NCBI RefSeq assembly: GCF_000002075.1 | Contig: NW_004797466.1 | Span: 560,381 to 624,380 of the forward strand | DNA length: 64,000 bases | Source of the DNA: Aplysia californica | Taxonomy: Eukaryota | Reading direction: 5' to 3' | In this document: positions 37,932 through 49,900 of the stretch, piece by piece | How the letters are laid out: each line of letters opens with the position of its first letter | Position numbering within the stretch: position 1 is the first letter of the stretch | Program-made: the position numbers and the translations under genes | Notes under the pieces: generated by a model | The model's database searches: none | What the model was told of the DNA's origin: nothing | What the model saw: the letters and a program-made list of their open reading frames with translations, nothing else

Positions 37932-40900
37932 ATGGAGTCCATTGAAATCATTGTCGGAACCTATGAAAACATGGTTTTGGGTTTCAGGACAGTACAAAGT
38001 GTTGCAAACAATGTAAGTAGCAAACGTAGTTCTTTTCCTTTCCCTGTCTCTGCTTCTCCACTTTGAATCGGGGAATCAATGTCTGTCTTTGGCCCAATAG
38101 TACTGGAACATTATATCTTTATCGGCCGTAACTTTATTCGGGCTTGTGTTGGGATTCTAAGAATCTAGATTAGAAAAACTTTTGAAAAGGGGGTTGGGTT
38201 AGCTTCTAAGCCTAGCCTAGGGCCTAGGCCGTTAGTAAAGTTAATGTTATTAGAGAACAGGGCCTATAGAGAATTAATTTATAACGAAAATATGATTCTA
38301 ATACAGTGGAATCCTGTTATAACGAGAGGGAGGGGACCGATGCGAAATGTCCGTTATAGCAGGATTCTCGTTACAAGGGATCCAATAATAAATTCAAGGG
38401 AAATAGTGAAGTAGGCCTAATCTATGATTAATTGGCGTTCTGTTTATTCCTTTTTGTATTTCCCCTGATGATTTGTTCAACATGATCTCAAGGTCTTACC
38501 TGATCAAAAATCGAATCAGGTTTCTTTCTCTAGCACTAGCAATGTTGACAAATCGGCCTTGGCGATCAAAAAGAAGGGGCTCTGGCTCTAGGCTAACTCG
38601 CCCGCAGTGTTGTTCCCCACCCCACTACACACTGTGATGCGTTGCGTCTGCTCGCGCACGTCATACATTCACTCCATCCATCTAATCACAGCATTGTGAC
38701 CTCTCCATCCCGCACTAGAGAAGTGAGAGGCACCCTCCCCACTCATTCGCTCCGGCCTTCATTGTTGGTCCACGTGGGCTCTCCCATTCCTTGTTTTGCT
38801 GGATCACCGACAACTTTCTCAACTGGCAAGGTTTTATAATAATGTTTACTTGGTCTGTGCGCTGTGCACAGCAGCAGCAATATATTCCGTTATAACCGAC
38901 TCGCCTAACGATCTGATTGCGCAATAGCAGTATTTTATTTACAAAGATAAAGAAGGAAAAAAAACGGGGTTTTAGAACAGTATCTTTATAACTTCTCGTT
39001 TTTCAGGACTCGTTATAAGTGGACTCCACTGTACCACTTTAATTTGGCCACCTCTATTCTCACCCGGGGTGAGAATAGTGCAGGCGAGTCTTTTGGCTAT
39101 TCTCACCCGGTGCGCGTTCACCGTTATAGCCTAGATCTAGGCCAACCAATTTTGCGTTCAGCCTAAACCACAGAATTCTACACTGTGATAAAACAGAAAA
39201 ATTGTAGAATTCTGTGCCGTGAACAAACGTTCCATTACTACGGTTAGCCTACTAAAAGCGTACAATTTTGGCTGTGGGCAGTGGAGAGAGAGAGAAAGAG
39301 AGAGGAGTAGAGCGAGAACTTCCGGGCAAAACAAAATGGCGACCCGCGTAGTTTGGCTCGATTCGAAAAGTGAAATAGCCATAGCATCTTTGTAGTCGAT
39401 AAAATTAGCTTACTTTTGTGCTATAACGTAATCTTTTCTTTGCCTTTATCCATTTGATCATCCACATCGATAGAAAGTATTCCGAAATTAGCGGGTGAGA
39501 ATAGCCTACGGTGGCAAGTCTCACCCGGGGTGAGAGGTCGATCATATTTCTATTCTCACCCTGGGTGAGACATCGTAGATCTATATTTTTTTCTTTTTTT
39601 AGGCGCACTTTAGTCATAAGGCCTAGATAATTTATAAAAATTTACAAAATAATTTATGATATTGATCTGCGGGACAAAACACAACTTTATACAATGATAA
39701 GCCTATTAGGAAAAGAAATTCTCCCAACTAGCCAGTTTCAGTTGTGGTACAGTATGGGCATGGACAATTAAAAAAGTTTTAGATTTCTCTCAATATATGT
39801 CAAGTTAAAAAAATAACCAGTCTTAAACTTGAAATACGATACTACGGTAGAGAGAAATAAACTTTTAATGTGTCTTTGTTTGGTCAAGATTGCTTCACTT
39901 TCAGAGTTTCCTTGGATTTGTCCAAGTTCAACTCCATCGCACTCTCGATTTCGTCATTTATATATTTGCTTGTAAAAATTCACACTCGCACCATTTTAAA
40001 TTCTATTTCAACCATTCAAAAACTCAAAGAAAGAAGAAAAACTCTATTTTTGCTTTATACCCTAGTTTTCAGTTAATTCTATGCTAACATTCTCCGTTGA
40101 CCTCATAGATATGCATACCACGGAAGTGTCGGTATGTTCGGCTATTGAAACGTCCGGCAATGCCGCTCTAGGTGCGAATTAATAGACTCAGCGCAATTTG
40201 TTTACCACAGCGCTTCATTCAGTCATTACTCCAAAATGTCTTCACAATTCAATTTTTCTCTGTTCTGGATTTTAGAACTGCACTTTGGAGACAAGTTTTA
40301 CAGATGATGCCCACAGAGGTGCCTTGAGGTGCCTGTCAGTTTCATCAAATGGTATACTGGCTTCCAGCAGCACAGATGATTCTGTTAGGCTACACAGCCT
40401 GAAGCGAAGAAAAGAAATTGGAGGCGTCTTCCAACACACAGGTCAGGGACATGTGTGAACAAGTTCAGTCTCTTCGCTTTATGTTGCTGTTTTGTATTTC
40501 ATTTTGATTTTACAAAGTACTAGTTTATAATCATACAGATAATGAGAACGGGTACTCATTATGAGTATTAGATGGCAGTAGTGAGATACTTAAAAAATCA
40601 TTTGGGAATGCAGAGGCAGTTTCTTATACTTCGGGGACAGGATTATACGTTTTTTTCTCTGTAACAAGAGAAATCAGTAGCTACAGCGTTGTTTCTCAAA
40701 TTTATTCCATTTGTACCTTGAATTTCATAACTTAAGTTATGACTAAAATGGTAAAGTTCAAAGTTCAAATGTAATTGGTTTCATCAATGTACTCTCACAT
40801 AATTTTGTCATGTTTATTTTTTAGAATATTGTTGATATGTTAGGCATCATGGTGAAATCAGGCACTCATCAAAATAATGAAATCGAAGAAAAAGGCATTG

Positions 40901-43900
40901 CCACCAGTCAGGCTAAACACCATTTATGTTCATATGAAAACACATTTCCATGTGAATTTTACTGAAAAACCTTGTTTAAAGGCACAAAGTATGTAATTTT
41001 CAGTTTTCAAGGACTCTTAAGCTATTGAAGTTACCAAACTTTGGAGGCCATTTCCTCATTAGTTAAACCACTGAAACCAGGCTGCCCCACCTTCTTCAAT
41101 CGCAAATATCTCGACTTCTTTTCAAACTAAATGGATATTTTTTTCACTGAAAGCAAGGAAAATGAATAAACTTTCAGATGATATCAATAATTCCACATGC
41201 CCAAAAATTGACGAACACCTGATTCCACCACATCTTGACACGTATAAATTATATTCTGTCTTCTCAAAATGTTTCTCAAAGGCACAGTCAACTGCCTCAC
41301 TTTCTATGGAAAGGGATACATGTTTTCTGCCAGTGAAGATGGGACCATCTGCATGTGGAAGTCCAAGAACTGGGAGCTGTTGAGGACTCTAAAAGGCCAT
41401 AAGTATGTCCAGACAAATTTATTACTGCTACTGGGCTTAAGGTTCTAAAGTTAACTGTTAGAGTTTAATAGTTTTTAGTTTCGTATCAATTTCAGCCCGC
41501 ACTATTACTATTACCAAGTTTGTCTCAGTTGCCCCTTAAGGCTGAGCATGCAAAAGTATGTCACATATACTATAACAGTTATCTTCTGTTGTAGTAGAGT
41601 CCATGAACTCAAGTCGTAAACCTATTCCCATGGGTGGTTGGCGGGTGCTCAGGTGTGGTTTGCTTCTTCTTTCCTATCAAACATCTATCGTCCTTGTCTC
41701 CCCTTCTTCTTTTTTATGTTTGTTACTCTCTTTTAACACCTCTTATCTTCTGGCGCTCATATGACCTTATGCAGTTGCGAGCGCCTTAAAACCTCCACTA
41801 AAACTATAACCTATTCCCTGGGTTGTAGCAGCAAGTTTTAATTGAAAGTATGCATACGTTAACATTTCCTTCACAAAAAAGGACAGATTTCCTGCTACAA
41901 GCTTGTATTATTATAATGTACCAAAATGTTTAGAAAAGAATGAAGATTTGATTATGTAACATGAGAACACACTTGCAGTACAGGCAAGAATATATTTATG
42001 ATAAGCAATGAAAACAAGTGGAAAAGAAGAATGATACTGCGACTATTCAGTACGAATGTCGACTTTTTAAGGGTTAAAAAGGAAGTAAGCGTCTTGTTTT
42101 ACTAAATCAGCTTGTACCATTATGGCAAGTGAATGTTTTGATCTTCAACTTTGCACACCAAATAAATGTATTGATTGTAGTGGACCATACTATGGGGGTA
42201 TTTGACTTTATAAAAAGTTCATAATAGTGTTGATGTTTTGACCTTTGTGTGAACTTAAAAGTTTTGGCTAAATTTTAATGCTCAGAAATGGTCACCTCTG
42301 AAAGGACATGAAGAAGGATGTTAAGACATTGCATAGTTTTCTTTTTTACATGATAGATAACTGTGTTGTATCTTCTCATGTTTAGGTATATACCCTTGAT
42401 GTCAGATTTGGTAACTTTAGTCGTCTGTGTACCAATTATTGAACACCTTTTGATGTGAGATTCCACACCTTCTCTTTAAGCTAAAGACACATCAGTACTG
42501 TGTGTGAACCATTATTTGTAGAAACAGGTGAAGAGAGTAGTTGACAAGATAGAAGGTTTTATCTTCATTATTCTGTCTGTAGTTTATTTTGCAAGCTTTT
42601 GCTTTTATATCCTGATTTTGGTTTCCCCACAGAGCTAAAGTTATGACAGTGGGGATTCATCCAACGGGAAAGTTGGGCTTTTCTGCTGGCAGTGACAAAA
42701 GCCTTCTCACATGGGATCTACTGACTGGGAAACTGGCTTTTCAAAGAAAGCTTCAGGATGGTAGGAACTAATTAAGGGCAAAACTTTTTTAGCATTCAGC
42801 TTGTACGAATGAAAGGAAATTTACCGTGCTCTGCTTAAAGCTAAAAATATGTGTGGTATAATTCTCTAGAATTTAATTTCTCCTTTTGATATACAGCTTG
42901 AATGGAATCATAGAGATTAGTTAACCATGGGGTATAATGCTCATCTCTTATGACAAAGGACTGAATTTGATTTCCTGTTTATACATGCGCAGTTAGTAGA
43001 CTTTGTTGCTTTCTCCATAGGTAGGTAGGATTTAGCACTTTGATAAGAACTAAGCACTTGAAGGCTCTCGTGACACCTTGGTTATTGACAGTCGAAGACT
43101 TGGAGTCTGTCCAGTATGGCTCCCAAAGAAAAAGTTTTGGGTATTTTTCTGCCAAAGTTATAAACCAAGTCTAGACAGTATATTGCCTGCTCAGTGTAGC
43201 ACTCCGCTATCTGTCATTTTGAAAAGTGATGTATGATGGAGTCTTACACTGAGCAGTCGATACAAATGGTTTTATTGAACTTTTGTAAAAGGTGTTTTGT
43301 TGCCTTAAGACCACACTCTACTTCTTAGCACCAAAATCTACGGTTAAGTTATTTTTACTTGTTTTCTTCTAATTTTCTCAAAGTATTCCATTTAAGGATT
43401 AAAAATATTCAGTTTTGGGAATCATTATTAGTTACATAATCATAGAAATGGTAAATTAGTGTGAGATCGGGCTATCTGAAGGACCATTTTCAAAAGCTAA
43501 AAACTCAAAATCCATTCATGCTATTTATGAACTAATTTCATATTTGTAATCTGCACACAAATGTTTAGAAAATGACGCTAGCTTTTCTTGAAATTGTAAA
43601 TATTAATAATTTTATTACGTTTAAAAAACTTGCATGTTAGTGAATGGCAAAAATAGTCAAAAACGCAAAGTCAAAAAATCAATTAAAAACTTTTTTGTCC
43701 TAAGATTAGAAAAAGCAAGCCTCATTTATTTGGAACTGCATGGTGCAGTTACCCTCCAAATTTCATGTCTTTCTCTTTAATTATTTTTTAGTTTTTAGCT
43801 TTTGAAGCCGAGAAATGAATATTTTGAGGAAAGGAGCAAAAACATCTAAAAATTGCTCTAAAGCATTGTATTGGCTCACAATGTTACAAAATTTATGGAG

Positions 43901-46900
43901 CTGTCTGTTTGAAATAAAGCGTTGGGATTACTGCCATTCGATTTAGCATATCATTTTTAAGGGAATTTTCTCAAAAACTAAAGGACATTGTTTGCACTCA
44001 AACTGGAGCTCTAATCCATGATCAGCAAACTAAAATTTTTTTGTTTCAGTCGCCCTCTCAATATTCTTCACACCCTCTGGAGATCGCTACGTTTTGCAGT
44101 TTGACAGAAGAATTGAAATATGTGATATTGAGGTAAAAATTTATAGGTTTTTTTTCTGTTTCATTATATTGGATCATATTTTCTTATGTTAAGTCAAATA
44201 TATTTTTTATTTATTTATTTATCTTTTCAAATGAATGTTTTTGACCATGTGAAAGTTAGGCTGTAGTGCTCTCTTCATGATGTCATGAACAGGGTTGGAA
44301 CTCATGGAATTAAAGAACCACTGCCTTCTTAGGGACCGTTCACAAATGACGTCAGCTCGGGGGAGGGGGGGTGGTGGGGGTCTGGGAAAAGTTGACAAAA
44401 ATTGACATTGGGAGGGGGGGGGGTCCTTACAAAGTTAACATCAACCATGATGCTGTAAAAGGTTAGGAAAAAAAGAAAAGATAAAAAAGCGAAGAAAAAA
44501 TAGAAAATATTATGGACCACATTGTTGTATTAACATAGTTAAAAAACTGGACCTCTTTTATTTTCTTTTAAATCTAATTACAATTTGTTTATAAAGATTC
44601 TTTCAACTCAACTCAAAATTTTGGATGATTACTTAATTTTTGTCAAATCGTTCATTTCCATATATATTGCTAAATAATACATGCCATGCATAAACAAATA
44701 TTAAATATTCATTTTTGTGTTCTGATTTGTTCGATATTTATTTTTCCCAACCTGAGATGATGCTTCAATCTTTTTGCTTTGGTTATTTTCCAGGCTGTGA
44801 TATCCAATCTATTTGTTTTAATTATTTTGGTAGGTTAAAGTTGTTAATTAATAATTTGACAGTTCAGGTATTCCTTTGTTGTATCCTTTAACCCTTTCGT
44901 TGCCAGGGGGTATGCATCCCTACTGTCATTACTGATTTTCAGCTGAGCTCGTTTCCCAAGACAGCAGCCTAATGTCTCAGTGTTAATGGACGCGCGATCT
45001 AGATCTAGCGCACTCGTGACATATTTCGGGCACCGGGTCTTCGATTGTCTCTTTTCTCACTTTTCTTATTCCCCATTTCCTCCCATTTTACCCATATTTT
45101 CGATAACCTGCAAATCTAAGTCAAAAAGTGAATTAATGTTACTTTTTAAAGTCATTTCACTGTTTACATTTTACGAGAGCATGCGGCCGCCCGCAAGCCT
45201 AGATCTGTGTTTATCGATCGCTTGCAAGCCTTGCAGTAAAGTAATACTAGCAAATTTGGTACCAATATGTGCATCTTTTATTCCAGAATACGAATCTACG
45301 CAGCGTTTGTTGCTAAAACTCTGTACAGAAGAATAAGAGCCTGATTATTAGCGTGACATACATGTAACATCATATAGGCAACTAGGAGCGGCAAATTTTG
45401 CAAATTTTCATGGATGGTACGACACAGCGCTAAAAATTGTGCATTTTCATGACGTACCAAGTACGTCATAAGGCAACGAAAGTGTTAATAAGCAATAGTT
45501 TTATTTTTAGAAATTAAAATAAAGGTCAAAGGAGTTATAAAATGCATCCTGTACAGGTTCTTTCTAAATGTATACGTACATTTTGGTTGATGTCAACTTG
45601 GGGGGGTCCTGGGAAAGATGAGGATTGGCCAAATTTTAGCTGACATCATTTGTGACCGGTCCCTTACATTTTGGAAGTTATAGTCCACCTGCTATTGTTA
45701 GTATCACATTTTTCACCATTTATATGTGTTAAATATTTTTTAAAGCATTTTGATACTGTGAATTCTTAATTCTCAAATAGAGAAAGAGGGAATACCAAAA
45801 GACTTGGCTCTAAACAGTGCTGCTTACAACCTTTTATAAAATAACCTTTGAGATGCAACCATTCTATATCATCTGGTCAGTGTAAGACTTCATCACATAT
45901 CACTTTTCAAAATGGTGTACGATGAAGTCTTATGCTAAGCAGTCTTTATGTGGATACAGTCAAACCTGCCATGACTGCCACCTGTACAAATGGCCAGGTT
46001 CCTTTCTCCCCCTTATATTTTTTTCCTGTCTTAGACGGCCACCTCTCTCATCGCCTGAAGTTTTGTAATAAATCATGTATTAGCCCCTGACGTTGTGGAC
46101 AATCCGTCATAATGCAATCACCTGTCGTTGTTAGGTAGTCCCTCCAACCAATCATGCTGTGTAGACCCCTCCCACTGTTGACCAATAGCTAACAATAAAT
46201 ATTCAGCTGCTGGTGAAGTAGCCTAAGAGTGTGATCCCTCATAACCCATAAGCTCCGCCCACAACTCATACACAAATCATAAGTAAGATGAGTAATCACT
46301 GTTTTCAGTGTGTAACACAGTAACAATGGACGTCAACATGAACTTGCGACAGAAGCATTGCTCGTTCTCTCAGTAGTGGCGACCCGTGTTTTGTTTTAAC
46401 ATGGCACTCAGTCTTCCTGATCTGACAGATTTTGTTTTATTGTCACCCTTTCACAAAATCAGCAACAGCAAAAAGAAAAGCTAATTTAAAAAAAGACCCA
46501 ACAAAAACAACAATGCGGCTACCTTCGGTTGGGATCTCAGAAGGGAGCGGTTTGTTTTCTTCATTTTGATCAAGCCTCCCTGAGACCCCCACCTGTCTTG
46601 TACGGCCACTTTTCTTCTTGACAATGGGTGGCCGTCTTACACAGGTTGGACTGTATATATTGGAAAAATTTTCCTCATTCATTGTGATATTATTCCTCAT
46701 TTTACCTTTTTGTATAATTATCTCTTCCGAAAAGGGAATGAAGATTATCATTTTTGTGCTGTTTCAGGACACAAAAACTGTTAATGTAATGACTATGGAT
46801 TGGCGTATCAACTGTCTTGTGCTTGTGAAAGTAAGTATTGGATCTAGATTATCTTTTTTAGGGGTTTGTTTTCTGTAGAAAATTTTTTTATTTGTTTTCA

Positions 46901-49900
46901 CTGCAACATACTGTTATAATTGCATTGATGTTGTTACTATTATCAAAACTTTGTACATGTTGTAGTAGAAGGTACAAACACAATTTCTTTTCAATTTGGA
47001 GTTTGAAATGCTTTTTTAGAAAGGAGAATTTTTGCTTGACGTGTAAAGAGGATGTTTGTAGATCTACCTCATGTTCTCAGCAAACTCACTTCTGTGAGCT
47101 GGTAGATTGTATAAGTGGGTAGCTGTTCTTCTTGATCAGATGTTTACAGAAAGCTGCGAAGTCCATTGATGTGTGAATGCTAAGATGTGTATGTTTAGAG
47201 GCACGCTTTTTTTTTGTGCTCAGGTAGTAATGTAGACGGAGGCCACTCATTGGAGACTGAGGCCACTCATTGGGTGGTGGTCAGTTTAGGTAGCCTATTT
47301 TAATTTATATTGTAGAAATGTATCTAACATTAATTGAATTTTTCAAAATGTTCACTTGTAATATTTCAGAAAACATGATTTGGTTTAAAACTAATATGCT
47401 TGAAAGTACTTACTTACAACTTTGATCATATTCTATCTCTATAATTCTGTCTTTCCCAGCAGGACTTTTTGGTAGTTGGTGGTGAGGACAGACATGTCCA
47501 AGTACTGAATCTGACAAGTGGCAAGACAGTGTTGACATTAGACAGTGCTGATCAAGGACAGAGTGATTTTCATGGGTAATTCCTCTTTTCATATTATGTT
47601 GCCTTATTTATTACAAAGACTGGCTTACATCAGGTAGACCCTTTCGACCATGAGTATCAATTATAATGCATCTCTTTGGCCCAACTAGCAAACATAAATG
47701 GTCGCTTTTAAAGACAAGCGGGCTACCCCAGATTTCAGGGGTTTCCAAAAATTTTGACCTACCCCAAAAGTGTGCATTGCCCTACATATAGGAGAAGTNN
47801 NNNNNNNNNNNNNNNNNNNNNNNNNNNNNNNNNNNNNNNNNNNNNNNNNNNNNNNNNNNNNNNNNNNNNNNNNNNNNNNNNNNNNNNNNNNNNNNNNNNN
47901 NNNNNNNNNNNNNNNNNNNNNNNNNNNNNNNNNNNNNNNNNNNNNNNNNNNNNNNNNNNNNNNNNNNNNNNNNNNNNNNNNNNNNNNNNNNNNNNNNNNN
48001 NNNNNNNNNNNNNNNNNNNNNNNNNNNNNNNNNNNNNNNNNNNNNNNNNNNNNNNNNNNNNNNNNNNNNNNNNNNNNNNNNNNNNNNNNNNNNNNNNNNN
48101 NNNNNNNNNNNNNNNNNNNNNNNNNNNNNNNNNNNNNNNNNNNNNNNNNNNNNNNNNNNNNNNNNNNNNNNNNNNNNNNNNNNNNNNNNNNNNNNNNNNN
48201 NNNNNNNNNNNNNNNNNNNNNNNNNNNNNNNNNNNNNNNNNNNNNNNNNNNNNNNNNNNNNNNNNNNNNNNNNNNNNNNNNNNNNNNNNNNNNNNNNNNN
48301 NNNNNNNNNNNNNNNNNNNNNNNNNNNNNNNNNNNNNNNNNNNNNNNNNNNNNNNNNNNNNNNNNNNNNNNNNNNNNNNNNNNNNNNNNNNNNNNNNNNN
48401 NNNNNNNNNNNNNNNNNNNNNCATGTAGCCCAGAGGTTAAAGTAAAGAAAGAAGAAGAAAAAAAAAGGAAAGAAAGGCAGTGCCGAAGTAACATATTTAT
48501 ATAATGCATCTGAAGTTTGACATTGGTATGTATTTTCCCACTGTAAGGAGATAACTTTTCCTATGGTTGTAGGCTGGCTGAACAAAATTGAAATAGGCAT
48601 AGACAATTTTGGTCCCAATTTTGATTAGATATCATATGCTATTGAAAATAGTGCTTCCCTTGTTGACTGTGGATGAGTTGATGTCGTCGGGGGAGTGCAC
48701 AAAAGGTAAACTCATTCATAGTTCAACTTAATCGCTGTGGTCACAAAATCAAAGGACATAAATCTTTTTCTCTGCTCATTTAAATTTATTTCTCTCCATT
48801 GATTCTCATGATTGAAAGAATGACACGTTCTCTTCCAGTCCAGTCATCTTGCTTATGAGTAGTGGAGAAAAATCAAATAAAAATTGATTTCCATTGCAGT
48901 TTAAATATAATTACGGTAGGATGGAGTGAGCAGTGTAAACTCTACGACTGCAAAACCACATTTGATTCATTTCAGTACATGTAATTTAACGCTGATGTGC
49001 AGAAAGCGCCCAGGCCAAGGATGAAGCCTTGGTTCTGTTCGGGATCTAGAATTTATAAGATATGGGGTCTTGCAGATCTATAGACTTGACAACCATAGTC
49101 ATCCTTTGATTTGACAAGAGAGCAGTGGAGGTGGTATGCAGCTGTCTTTCCATAGATCTTACTTAAGGATGTTTATGTTGATTTGGAGGGCCTGAAAGAT
49201 GAAATTCATTTTAATTTCAAAGAGGAGAGGAGTAAGGATGCTTCCCTGGGAACACCTTCCTCCTGTTTTTATCTATTGTTATATACTTCCATGTCCTCTT
49301 TCGACTCACTATTAGCCAAGTATCATGTTTACAAAAAATAAGACCTCAAAACCTGGAGGGGAAACACTGAAGTTTTGATTAGTAAGGAATTAAATTTTTA
49401 CAAAAACAAAACAAAAAGAATCATACTGCTGGTTTTTCTGCAGGGATCTGAGGAGGCGGAACTGGTGCTCAGCTATGATGCAGGTGTGAGGTTGACCTGC
49501 ATGGCAGTGTACAGACCTGGTTCAGATACACAGCAGAAAGGTACGGACAATATGATGAAAGTAGTCTAGTTTTCAGGTTTTTTAGTTTAGTAGAACTTTA
49601 CCAGAAGGCCTGAATTAGTCATGCATAGTGTAATTAATTTGAATTGATATCCGTCTATAGGGACCATTGTCGCCTGATAGCTTTGCCCGCAATTTTGGCC
49701 TCTGTCAGGGTTTTCCTGTAACTAATAACATATTTTCATGATACTTAAATCGTGTGCGATTGCTTTTGTAGAAAATTGATACAAAAGTGTTTAATTTAGT
49801 ACTAGTACAGAGTTATGCCTTTTTCTTATGGGAAAAGAGGGTAATTCTCAGACAGGGCTTTTAGTGGAGTTGTGCTCTTGGATTTTAAAAAAAACAGCGA

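Noticed and set aside
47685-48618. Long ORFs spanning N runs (also at ~1650, 3700, 5770, 15970, 55230)
   Set aside because: Artefacts of translating assembly gaps.
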